A stretch of 53,881 bases of DNA, the filler included, from Sphacelaria rigidula (Eukaryota), in NCBI GenBank assembly GCA_964200075.2. It is 5 parts of 5 records of this genome, joined end to end, with 100 filler letters (N's around TTAATTAATTAA, not from the genome) between each part and the next. Parts side by side here need not be neighbours in the genome. Positions count along the whole stretch, not along the records: positions 21,595 to 32,290 come from CAXNAA020006067.1; positions 32,391 to 43,086 come from CAXNAA020006068.1; 3 more parts are not named here. The stretch is one strand, 5' to 3'. The position numbers and the translations under genes were made by a program. Under the pieces are notes generated by a model that was not told the DNA's origin, did no database searches, and saw only the letters and a program-made list of their open reading frames with translations. Positions 24,431 to 36,814 of this stretch are shown here, in pieces (positions within the stretch are counted from its first letter, which is position 1; the number at the start of each line of letters is the position of its first letter).

Positions 24431-26612
24431 CACAAGTACCTCGAAATAGAAGTCCTCGTCACACACAAAAGTTGCGCCTTGGGTTGTGTCGCACTTTCTT
24501 TTAAACTGGTCTCACAGGGCATGCATACAGAGCCCGAGTTGATCTCAGGTGGTGGGATAAACCAAGGATTTTGAACAATACAAACGAGCAAACCTTCACT
24601 CACACGCAATGCTTATCAGTAGGGACTCGGCTAGCCCATAGGAGCAAGAGAAATTGCCCCAAGGTTGTTGTTGACTAGGCCCAAACCAAAAGTGACTGGC
24701 GAACGGGACTCACCCCACGCCACCACAGAGACGCACCCCACACATATGGTCATCTCACATCAATAACCAGGATTAGAACCAAACATGCACACTGAAATAG
24801 AACCCAAACAGACGTGTACGCCAAGATGTACTCAACCGGCCCGTGATCAGTCATATACTGAACGATACTCGGCGATATACCCCAAACAAGGAACACTCGT
24901 AAAAGTTCGGTGTAGCCCCTGACCGCTAGATTGGCCTCGTACAATCTGCCGAGCACCAGCTGATGCTCCGCGGTACGGTGCCAAGTCATTAATGATATCC
25001 CTGGATGTATTTTCATTATCACCTGCAGGTTATGCACCAGTCAAGATCTTTAGTTTCCAACCCTCAAGTGAAGCTCATGCACTGTGAACAGACGTAATTA
25101 ACCGTGAGTTATATCCAAAATCCGTATTTGTCCAATTCTGATCTCACGATCACATCCGTTTGATGGAACTACTTGTATGCAGGTATACGGGACAATTGTA
25201 CACGGTATACCTTAAACAAACCTTCACCCCTAAATACAATAGCCGAAGGTTGACTACAGAATTATCGAAGAACCTAGAGTCGGATGTTTTTTTCAGGTTT
25301 TCAGTTTCAGAGAAGTCTGAAAAAGTTCCAAGTTTTCGGGACAAAAAAATGAAAAGATATCTGAAAAAACAAAATATGTCAATGCTCAACGACAAGGCCG
25401 ACTTGGCGTCTCAGACATTGACTGATTCTTGAAATGTGGAATCACGGCAGCGTTCCCCATCCTGTACTTGTCGCTCACCAAGGACTATCATAATACTTGT
25501 CCTGCCCGAGTTCATTCGCAATTGCGGTTGATGCCACCATTCGTGTGGACTTGGGACTCGTGGATGTCTTGAAATCACGTTTCTGTTCAAAACTTTCGCC
25601 GCAGTTTCCGTCGTTGTTTTTGAAAGCGCAAGTCATCGCGTGTGATATGACTGCTGATATCCTGCCGAGCATACTCGGATCTGAGTCACAACAGACACGG
25701 CCCGAGTTCGCAGGTTGCACTACTGAGCTCAGAGACAGTAAGAAGAGTAGACAGCACTGAAGTGAAACAATGGTCACGCACATATATATCGCTAAACAGA
25801 CATAGATAACCCCTCCGTTTCTGGTCGCACTTGGTCCAGCGCAAGAGCCCAGTGCAGGGTAGCATCATGCCGTGTGCATTGTATCTTCATCTGTCCACTT
25901 TTACACCATAAACTCTACGCCACACGAAGGTACGGGGAGCCACGATTGATCCGCGTCGACGTCCCGCACAATGTCCACTATGCCATTTCCCTGGGAGAGG
26001 TAGGCATTTTGTCAACAGTACGGGCAGTTGCATGCAGGGACGGGGCCGTCAGTCTTCCGAGAGTTCGATGCGCGCGCGCAGGAGACGAACACGTAAATAT
26101 CCGTGTATATGCTAGCAGTACCTTTACTTCCAGATCGCAGTGTATGTGCGACAGGTTTTTTTTTTCAATTATTCACAAGGACAATGGTGGCATGTTTTGT
26201 CAAAACTATAACGCCCACAGTGTCGCTGTACAGGGGGATCGTTGCTACGAACCCATCTAATCCGATCCATGGCTGGATTCCAGAAAAGGGTTTGAGTTTC
26301 TTCAATCTAATTATGAACTCCAGCACAAAATCATTCACCTCGTGAGAGACCCTTGCCATACAGACAATACTGAACGTCACGGGGTTAATCCAAGTATCAT
26401 ATTTGTGGTGAAGTCCACAGCTTAGCTACTGCTCTGTTGATTGATTGGTCGATTAATTGTCGCACATTGCCTTATCTCCGAATAGTCGTAATCCAGCCGT
26501 TTTGACAAAATAGACGGACGTTTCCAAGGTGAGCAAAACACAAACCCTCGCTGAGAAGAACAAAAAAATGAAAAAATTAAATGCGCGTCAAGGATAAACC
26601 GCAAAGCTTTAC

Positions 26613-29600
26613 CAGGTGGTGAGACGACCCTGTCTGCCATTCCAGACGTCGCGAGGTTTGCCAGTCCTGAGCAGTAAGCAGTGGTGACTCTGGGATGGCC
26701 ATCAAGCCGTACCCTGGCTGAAGTCGCTGATATCGCTGGTTGTACTGTGACGGCTGGTGCCAGTTCGAGAGATATTTTGCTTGTGATTCCGACAGTGGGA
26801 CCTTGTGAGGAAACTCTAGCTTGCTGCCCTCCCGGTCGAGGTCACTAGCTCTGGCATGGTGTGGCAGAAGGTACTCACGCAGAAGGTACTCATACCCATG
26901 TCCGGAAAAGGCTGGAACGTGGGCATAGAAATCTCTACTGACTTCCCCGCTTCGGTAGGTGCGCGTTACCACAGCGTCGAGCGGTGACGAATCACTCCGT
27001 AGCCCTTCCTGAGTACGGTGAAGTCGACCCCCCTCAGTCAGAGCAGCAGGTATGAGGCTCGCGTGCTCAATTCCGGCCTGCTGCTCCAGCCCTTCTGAGG
27101 TATACTGCCTCTCTGGAGGATGACCTCTCACTGGGAGCTGAGAAAAGGGGAGCGGGTAAGCGGGAAGGAAGTGTAGAGGGGTCTCAGTTGGTATCTTCCC
27201 CCTCACCAGGAGGGTCGTTGACTTTGACTTTGTACAATTTCTGCGTTTCGGAAAAGTGGTGTAGTAAGGAGGGAAGTTCCTGAAAGAAAAGGAGGGAAAT
27301 GCGTCATTGTCAGGGTTTGGAGTTGTAGATATCGCACATGAACTTCATACGCTACCTGTTGCTGACTTTTCTGGCTTTGCTGGCTTTGCTGGCGACAACA
27401 CTGACGGGAGCGATCCTCTCGAGCTCTTCGCTTTCTCCTTGACGCCCCTTTAGACTTCGAGGCTGATGCACCATTTCTGCTCCCCTTTGCAACACTACTG
27501 CCGGTACGTGCTTCGCCCTGGACATCTTGTTGGACATCCGCGGGTGTGTACTGAAACAAGTAGGTCGCAGTGGTAGTCACGGTGGAAACGTGATGGGAAC
27601 TGAGGGTGCCGGTGCCCATGGGCAGGAGGAGGGGGGTGTACTCATGATCCTGCATGTCGTGGTCATGTGGTCATTGACCTCGTATTCCTGCAAGGACGGG
27701 ACGAAGGACGCCGGGTTTTCGCCGGACCAGTCTCGCAATCAATTACCAAGCGCGAAGTGCCGTGATGTGTTCGGCGAGTCACACGAAGGATGAGCTGCAT
27801 CGTTCTAAGATGGTTCGGCCCGAAGTGTGCTAAGTGTCTTGCATACGGACGACGGAATCGAATGAGTTGCTTCATTATCTGATATCGTCACTTCCAGAGA
27901 TAACGTGTGTCACCATTCGAGCACTACGCAGTACGAAAACCATTTTTGCGCAGAGTTGAGGTTCTCCACTCCGCACAATACGATCCACCTCGACGACCAC
28001 CATGGTATACCGCAAGGAAAATATACGAGAACCTGGGTGCCTAGCATAGGCAATGAGTGGCGTATTTTACAGCGTCGTTGCCGGCGGACGCCAACACTAC
28101 TTTTGGAGGGGAAGAAGAGGGGAGGGGGGAGCGACTTTCAGTACGTTTCACGTCGAAAATGGCGGATAATTAGCGTGCCCCCAATGAACATTGAAAATCT
28201 CAGCTGTGATGTTTTAGTGGAATACATGTTGACCACCTCACCATGACGAAAGCATTCGTCAACATCTGTTTGTGGCGCATTTGGCTCATTAACGCAGAGG
28301 ACGAAAGCCCACAGCAGACGAATTATACGATACTGGGGGAAACGATTCGGATACCGAAACAGCATTTTGTGCGATGGTCGAAGGTACCTTGCTGTGAGAC
28401 TGACGGGGATAGTCATCGGGTACAGGGTCGCCCAGACGAATGTGAGGCGGATGCTGCGGGAGTCCAACCTGTCGCTTGGGAGTCCGCAGGACGATTCCTT
28501 GAGTAGCTGCCTTGATGGGGAGGTTTTGGCAGATAGCCTGCGTTTACGGTTTCAATGAAATGAGTTAGACAAATAGGCGGGGGAGCTTGCTGGATTTATC
28601 GTTGTTATGCTTTGCCGCAACATTGAGCTCAGACACCTCAACCAAACTTCCGCGTTGCGACGAAGGAAGAGGGGTATCTCAACCCATCATTCTATACTAT
28701 CCATTTCGGCGGGGGGTGACCCTGCGCATTTAACGCTCTTGAGCATTCGGCGTGCCCTCCCAATATCCTCTTCCCTCAAACCGTCTCATACCAATCCCTT
28801 CCGAAAATATGGGCGCACTCGCTTACCGACCGACAGTACCCCCTGCCGGACACTCGTTACAATATCGCGCCCTCCCGCCCCCCTCCCTACCCCGGATGGG
28901 TCTCCCATCACTCACTCGCCTGTGCAGTTCTTAGATCGGATTCTTGCGTTGCGTTAAGAGGCCCCTCCTCTTTCATGCTGCTGAGACGCTGGGAAAGGCT
29001 GTAATTTCCATCGAGGCTCGCCTGCATCATCCTGGCCTGACGGGCTTTCTCTTCGTCCATTCCCGCGAACGGGTCGCCTGCATCCTCACCACACATCGGT
29101 GATTTCGGCATCTGTATCCAGGACAAGTGTGAGACATGTTGCGGCGAGAGCGGACACCGAGCACCTAAAGATAATGAAGTGTCAAAGGAGAACGGGTCTT
29201 TGGCGATCATGTATCGTGTGACAATGCACGAGGGGGGGCGAGGGGGTATGTCGGAGGCCAAGGCAGCGAAATCTCGACTGAAGAAACAGTGCTCCCGGCA
29301 GCTGAAGGCTCGTGACCTCCGGGACAAACCGGCCACGAGATCAACAAAGAGCCCGGCAAGGAGGAATTCGACAACGGTTGCAGAGCGGCCCCTCGACAAA
29401 CATTGCGACCAGAACGACAAAACCGAACCTTGATTTTTCATCGGTGTCTTGGTGACCAATGGTCAGTTCACGACGCCGACGATGGTCGCAACGACAGCTA
29501 CATTATTTCCATGTCTCGACCACCTCGGAAACATGAAGTCTACGATACAGCAATGCCGCAAAACCCTCCACTAGTTTAGTTCCTGCATGGGGAAGTATTG

Positions 29601-31138
29601 TTTTGTCTGGAGGGAAAAGCTCACCACGTCAATAGTTGTTCGACTGTCCAGCACTGATCCACCCACTTGGGGCATAGAACTGGAATCAACGCAGCCTGCG
29701 GTCGGCAAGCCTCCGTCTGAGAGGCTGCTGGTGCGTCCTTTGAAGGCAAACGGCGCCCATCCCTCGTCCCTCGCCAGCATTTTGTCTCTCCCTTGTGCTG
29801 CACCGTCCTGTTCGCTGCGATGCTCGTCCTCGAAGGCCTTGCCCAGCTTCCTCGGGTCGACTTGGTGGTTCCCATCCAAGCTGACGGGGTCAATTATGTC
29901 GAGTGTTCTTGGATACACTCCGGCGGAACATCGGGAAACCCCTTCGAAGGACTCTTTTGAAACGACTCCCATGTTGTCCGGGGAACGCCCCGGGGTGCTC
30001 TGTTGGGTTTCTCCTTGAGTGTGGACCGTTTCGCGGACCTCTCCCTGACTTCCAAACACTCCTAGGATGGTTCCCTCCTTCGATTTCGACGAGTTGTGTT
30101 TATGTGCGATTAGCCCCAAGCACAAACGAGGCTCGAGACTATCGGAGCTTCGAACGTCGGGACCATCCCACCACACATCACCATCGCACCGGGACTCTCT
30201 CACATCTACAGCAGGGCTTCCCTCGTCACTTGCTCGCTTTTCCTCTTCTTGGAGAGATCTCGTATTTCTTATTGGAATCACCTCGCATGATTTTCCAGAG
30301 GTGGCCCGAGTCAGTACCCGTATTTTGGTACATTCGTTAGATATCTCCATGCTGTTGGAACCTTTTACTGTTGCGTCTCCCGATGACCCAGCGATGTCCA
30401 CGTCGGAGATGTTCGATGGTTCAGATACCGCAACGCCCATTGCTTTCTTGTCGAAGGGAAACTGTGTTTTTCGGTAGTGGCCGTTGCATTTGTCATTAAC
30501 GAAGCAGAGCAGTCGCTGTCACACTAGGACACCCTTACGTCAAACACAAGTAGCCGACTGATGAGCGCTGAGATGGAGGTTTGGCAAAATATTGCTGAGG
30601 TTTCAGCACGAAATATTGTCATGTATATGCGTGCATGACAGCATTATGCGAGCGATTTAACAGACAACCGATTAATTTGTAAGCATGTCCGTGTAGTAAG
30701 CATTCAATGGAATGGGGATCTTTTACATCACGTTTGCAGTGCATATATCCCCGCACGTTTAACATATAGTTGCCGTTGGGTGAAATGTAAGCACCTCCAC
30801 AAATATAATGTTATCTTTCCATCAAACAGCGACCTAGTCACAATTATCATTGACGAAAAAAAGCTGCGCATGAATGTCGTTATATGTCATGCTGTCTCAC
30901 CAGAGCATTCATTTACCTTGCGTCGAGAGGTTAAGCGCCGACACTTCCAAGCTGCAATCACTTGCCGTTCCAAAGGAGTCAAGTAGGCTTCATCGCTATC
31001 GTTCTCTCCATCAGCAATAATAGACAACTCGTGTTCTGTGGCACGTCGAGGGGAGCTCTTACCTCAGAGGCAGACAACAGCAATTCGAACGGACATACAG
31101 CAGGCGCGTCGGCGGTCAGAAGAGTGAAACGTAGAGCC
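26613..31138 (-). CDS. Partial multi-exon gene, uncharacterised largely low-complexity protein; exons 31063-31138, 29625-30461, 28920-29111, 28388-28537, 27356-27550, 26613-27137
   Basis: Five consecutive exons of 837, 192, 150, 195 and 525 nt are all multiples of 3, have CAG acceptors and splice in phase 0 without stops. Donors are GT except one GC (CAG|GCGAGT at 28919). Further exons are likely near 25488-25730 and 31238-31342 but were not resolved. No domain recognised. Confidence 0.6.
27628..28095 (-). mobile_element. ~500-bp dispersed repeat, copy 2 (intronic, inverted relative to copy 1)
   Basis: The reverse complement aligns with 23505-24015. A low-quality third copy begins at ~53795. 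Confidence 0.75.
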
Positions 31139-32406
31139 CTGCACATGTCGGTTGTGTGTAAAGATGGGTTCTCACTGATGCAGTGGGTAGCGCTCCTATA
31201 GCGGACAGTATCAATGACGCCGGTTGTCAGCAAACCCTAGGCGAACGGCTGTAACTGCTACACATTCCCACAAAATCGTTGTCATCATGGGTGCAGTATA
31301 AGCTCCTGATGAATATCCCCCGAACTCTTTGCCAGGAATCATCTGTTCCCACCGTAATAATGTACGTGTGCCCACTATGACTATTATGTGGTTTGCTCTC
31401 TCTCAACGACCAACCCAAACGTTTGTCTCGTGGCGTATTTCTCGTTCGAAGTATTTACCTCATTGATTGGAAGAAGCATCTCTCATAGCGCGTTGCAAAA
31501 TCGCGAGTGCTTGCTCCCGTTGTGGCCACTATATAGGCAGGTAAAGTTATACATTCTATGGGCAGAGTAGGGAGGCTTTGCAGGTAAACATTCACGACGT
31601 AACAGGCACACGGCCGACAGGACGATACTCGGAATTAACATGGCAAAAACGTATCGTAGCTTACGGCTGTTGTTTTTTGTTTGGGTGGGGGGGGGCGGCG
31701 TACTCATTTGTTTCTTGCCTTGGTCGTCGCCACACGCATCCCTTTCGAGACGGAGCAGGAGGGGGAGAAGGGGCGGGGCGTATTTTTCATCATAGGGGGA
31801 TTTGACACGGGTTTTCGCCCCCAAACAGGGCATATCGTCATCATCAGATGTCTTGGACATTTTGCGTCACCTCACTGAAAGAAGCCTAGCCCATATTTCC
31901 GATTCGGTTTGAGCATCGTTTCCGAACAAGAATCCGGCTGGATATGAGAAAATACGGTGTCTGCAGTGGTCTGCAGTGATTTTTCACTTTTTTCAACATC
32001 GTCGTGCTCCCATTTTGCCATGCCCTGCTGTATTTTAATTCAGAGGTCATTCTCGAAATCTCGGAGCCGAGCGGATAGGAAATGTGGGCTAAACTCCTCT
32101 CGGTGGGGTGATGCAAAGTGCCCAAGACATGTGGTGGCGATATTCCCCGTTTGGGGGCCAAACACCGTGTCTAATGTCCCGAAATCAAGAATACCCCTCC
32201 TTCCCTCTCCCCAAGGTTATGTTATGCAAGCCGTCCTTGAACCTTATACGGTGAAAATGACCTCTCTGGAGGAAAGTAGCCAGTACAGCANNNNNNNNNN
32301 NNNNNNNNNNNNNNNNNNNNNNNNNNNNNNNNNNTTAATTAATTAANNNNNNNNNNNNNNNNNNNNNNNNNNNNNNNNNNNNNNNNNNNNGGTTTTTAAT
32401 GTGAAG

Positions 32407-32407
<1 letters not shown>

Positions 32408-32464
<57 letters not shown>

Positions 32465-32465
32465 C
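32408..32465. repeat. (CAA)n microsatellite, ~19 units
   Basis: Direct reading of the sequence. Confidence 0.95.
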
Positions 32466-32920
32466 TCGTCGCTGGTTTCAGCGTATCATTTTGGTGCAAA
32501 CCAATGGAGCGCAGCGGCCATTCCTTGCGACATGAATCTCGGAACGTTCGTCATCCCGCGGGCATTGCATGTATGCTCACACCCTTTCCCAGGCATTGGG
32601 TCCAGCCAAAGGAGAGTTGTGCGTCACCGGTGGGTACGAGCAAACACGTCTAGGCAGGAGACACGCTATCCCGTACAACCTTCATCACACGTGTGCATTT
32701 CATTGCACACTCATGGACAAAGTGTCAACGACAAATTACGTCATCCATCGGCAAGGGTTTTCAAGTCAGTCACGAATAAAGGGCACAAAAGTTGATCGAA
32801 TTGCGGGTACGTATTATGTTTTTGCCGCTCAATGGTCGTATGTGTACAGGTCGTTTCGGGACCCAGAAAAACAAAAAAACGCTCCCTCCACCTAGCACAC
32901 ACGCTCTACGCTTCGCTCAC

Positions 32921-35900
32921 CGGGTCTCCCTTGCAGAGTCCGACAAAGTTGGCAGCAGTCTTCGGCACAAGGTCTCCGTACAGGCCAATCACCACCCTCC
33001 CCGCCGGTCGACCGTCGATATTGATATCGAAGAATACCTTGTCCGTTATCGTAGCCTTCGTCCAAAATGGATCAACACAAAAGGAGGGCACGGCGCGAGA
33101 ATGCCACATCATTTGCGGTCGTAATTTCTGATTTTGCACTGTGCGTCGCACGCATTGTAAACATTTCGTCGCACTCTGATTGTAATAATTCTGCCACTCA
33201 ATGTTGTGTCCAGACAACAGCACAGCACAACTCAGCACAGGATAGTGCGCGCTACATGTGACACACACAGGTGTTTACTGTGCAGCCTCATGCAGCACGT
33301 CATGCACGGCAAAACATGATACTTGCTCTGCGGCCTTAGTTAGTGCAGCGTAATCGTTTACATCTAAAAACGTGTTTGTTTGTTCTCCTGTTCATCTGTG
33401 GTACAGTGTTTACCCCTCCTGTTCCGGTGCAGTACGTCGCGCACACACGGTTCTTTTTCTTTCCTTCTCTTGATGTGTATGCAACTAAACTGCAAACGAG
33501 TCGAAGCATACTATACACGCCGAGCGTACTCGTACCCAACCTCGCCAGAACTGCTGTTTCCAGTCTAGCAATAAACACCCTCTCGCGATCGCGCTCGCGA
33601 CTATCCTGTGATACCCCGGCAAACAGCGCTCGTACCCATTTCGCTGACTGTACTGCCAGAGCAGACAGTGCGGGAGACGCGAACCGTGCAAGAGGACTCA
33701 CCAACACAACAATCCGAGAACATGGAGACACCTGCAATCTGCTATTCAAGTGCTGACCGCACCAGCTTTCCCACACCAACGAGGAGACTACGTAGGACCA
33801 CGTTATTGCAGTCTCGCGGCGCCATACTTAGTGGTCTCAGTTCTGCCCTGTGTTCCTCTACAGAAGATTTTGAGGTGAATAGCTGCGTGTTGCAGATCTT
33901 CCCCAGCGCATCTCGCTGAAAAGCACATCAGTGGTCTCGTGAAGTGGATCTGCAATGTTATACCCTCTCACCTGCGGCGCAGCAGGTTCGTCCTCGTCTT
34001 CGTCGAGCGTAGCCTGAAAACCAATCAGAGCGCAGGAGAATCATCAACCAAAAACGAAGCCAACATCAGTGCACTGGCGCCATCTGATTGCAAATCCTCA
34101 CTTTGATTTTCGTGTGTATCTGTGCAAAACGCCGAGTCTGCGCTTTTAGTTAGTGGTGGATAGAAAATGTTAAGCATGTAGCGGGCAGCTCGGGGTGAAA
34201 ATACCATAGTGCTGGGCCGCAGCAAAGCGTACCTTCTGAGCTTACTATCGTACTCAAATATGGGTCCTCCAAGCGAACCCTCGCCAATTCAATGAGTACT
34301 GCAGCAGCACAGACCCCGTTGCAGCGATTCCTACTCGGAGATACACCGTGAAACTGCAGCACCTTGCCGGGCAACTTAGTGTGCTCACACTGAACAAGAC
34401 TTGAAACGCACTGCTGTATTGAAGGTGTTTGTCTAGTGCCGACCTGGGGCAGCATACCCGGGGTCAGCTGTATGTTGGTTTTCCCACTCGCAAAATACCG
34501 CTTGGTACAGTACAAAACTGTATTGCCGAGGAGTAAGTTGGCCTCTGCGATCGCGAAAACATCGAACCTGTCGAGGCTTTTGGTGACTGTCACCAAGTAA
34601 GTGCTGTGCTGATCACACGAGGGTACCACGCGAGAACGCTGGACCCTCCCGTTCCAGAGAGTGAAAGTCACAGCAGCCGTATTCTAGAATCTGCACCGAT
34701 GACTGTCAGCCTTAGCCTTCCTCACTGCAAAACATGCCCCACGCCCGAGGTCCCAAGTGCTAAACAGTTGGACCGCGACTACTGCGAAATTGTTTCCGAC
34801 TTGAACTGCCACAACTCCTAACTCACCGCATTTGCCGCATTGTGCACAAACAGACAGCAATTCACACGTGCACACATACACCACTCTCCCAAAGTTGCAG
34901 TTTCCCTTCCTTGTTGATTTCCATCGTTATCGAGTCGCTCGAACATTGAAGACACCGTTCACGACTTTTCCATCTCACCCATGTGTTTGCTCCAATACAT
35001 ACGTGGACACATCACGCTACTGTTTTACCTGGGTTTTGTCCACTGTATCTCATCAAACACTTCACACGTCTTACAACTCATGAGGTAACTCAGCCCGTTG
35101 AAGATGATGCCGCTGAGTTATACCGTACGGCTCAGCCAGTGGAAAGTGGTACCGCTGAGTTATATAGTATAACTCAGCAGGTGGAAAACGGTACGCTGGG
35201 TTATACCGTATAGCTCATCAAGTGGGGGAAGGTGCCGCTGAGTTATACCGTATACGTCAATGAGTGGAAAATAGTGCCCTTGAGTTGTGCCGTATAGCTC
35301 ATCAAGTGGAGAATGGAATTGTACCGTCCAAGTGAGCCGGTAACAAATGGTACCCCTGAGCTAAACCGTATATTTCAGCCAGTGAAAATAGATATCGCGT
35401 TATACTGCATAAATCAGCCAGTAGGAAATGGTACCGCTGACTTATACCGTGTAACTCATCCACTGAATATAGGTACCACTGAGTTATACAGTATAACCCA
35501 GCCAGCGGAAACAGACACAACTCTCGTACAACCCAGTAATGTTGTATGTATCCAGTGCACGGCTGCCTCCATCTGTTGTTGCACCCATTGAACCCATGGC
35601 GGTCGCCATACTACCCAATCGTGTGTCGTGCGTCGTGTATCGCAAGCAACTCAACTAACTATTTATGCCACTTGTGTACCGTACGTGAGCGTGTGCATAT
35701 GCGCAGATGGGTGGGCATGTGTGGGTGTTTTCGAGAGAACACATCTCACAGCAGGAGAGCAGTACCGGTACAATCAAGGTACGTGTGTGGTACATCTCCA
35801 TCGGTTGAGTAACCCGAGTGGAAAAAAAGATACCGCGGAGTGAGGCGGTAGAACTCATCTAGTGGAAAAAGGTGCCGCTGAGCTATACCGTGTAACCCAG

Positions 35901-36814
35901 CGGTATCATTTTCCCACTTGCCGAGTTATACAACTCAGCAGGTAGAAAGATGTACCTCTGAGTTATACGGTATAACTCGGCAAGTGGGAAAATGATACCG
36001 CTGGGTTATACTATGTAACTCATTCAGCGGAAAATGGAACCGCTGGGTTATACCGTATACCGTATACCTGAGCGCTGAGTAATACCAAAATAAGGTGACT
36101 CAAGTTATGGTGAGTTGAGTTGTCCGACGTGTGAAATACTTACTTTTAACTAACAGTATCTTCCACAAAACAGTCGATAAATGACGCCTTTTGATCAAAG
36201 ATCTTCGACCAATTATAGTTTCCAAGTGTTTCTGGGGGCCAAAGAACTGCTTGGCACTTCCCTTTCTGTCTGTCTAGTCGCCCCCTTTCCGCTCTTACCT
36301 CCAACTTGACGTCAGCTTTCCAGTCTTTCCTCTTGCCAGGCCTTGCCGCCACCGGCACTAGCAGCAGAATGGCCATGCCAAACAAAAACGACGGGTTGGC
36401 GAGCAGCCTCCCCGCGAAGGACTTGTCCCCGTCAGCTTTGCCCTCATCCCCGCTGGCCCTGCCAGACGAACCCTCATCCCCGCCGGCTCCGTGACTCCCA
36501 CTTTCTCCATCGTCGGCCTTCCCGCTGGCACTATGGCCGCGTTCGGGTCCGCCACTGCGTTCATCTGACGCGGGCTTGTTCCTCTGGGAGGTGCACATAT
36601 GCCGTTGGCTATTAGCGGCGCTCATGAAACACGTGGTGTGGCACCTGCTGTGGTATTTGTGCTCATAGCCTCTGGTGCCGATCTTCCTCAAGGCGGAGAA
36701 TCTGCGGACAGCCGACCTCGTTGCGAGGTGCGCCAATCCCACGGTTGTTGTCGTGGGTGCGGCAGAGCGGGTCCCAGCTCTCGCCGCTAAAGCCAAACTC
36801 GCAAATCCTCTCAT
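32921..36814 (-). CDS. Cyclophilin-type peptidyl-prolyl isomerase, 5' part (exons 36299-36814, 33972-34013, 32921-33055); remainder probably beyond the contig end
   Basis: Exon 3 encodes [45 protein letters not shown], the canonical cyclophilin N-terminus. Exons of 516, 42 and 135 nt join in phase 0 with GT/AG sites (...[27 protein letters not shown]...). Confidence 0.85.
35085..36065. repeat. 42-bp minisatellite in two blocks (~35085-35510, ~35805-36065) within cyclophilin intron 1
   Basis: Consensus is approximately ataactcagcaggtggaaaatggtaccgctgagttataccgt, with ~10 plus ~6 diverged units. Confidence 0.85.

Noticed and set aside
29179..29433. Plus-strand 84-aa ORF as an antisense nested gene
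   Set aside because: It is short, has no family resemblance or supporting exon chain, and lies in an intron of the better-supported minus-strand gene.
32520..32560. Minus-strand peptide NVPRFMSQG as the next cyclophilin exon (cf. RVIPxFMxQGGD)
   Set aside because: It lacks the preceding YKGSxFHR and the following GD, and no suitable acceptor was found. Probably chance, though a divergent exon cannot be fully excluded.
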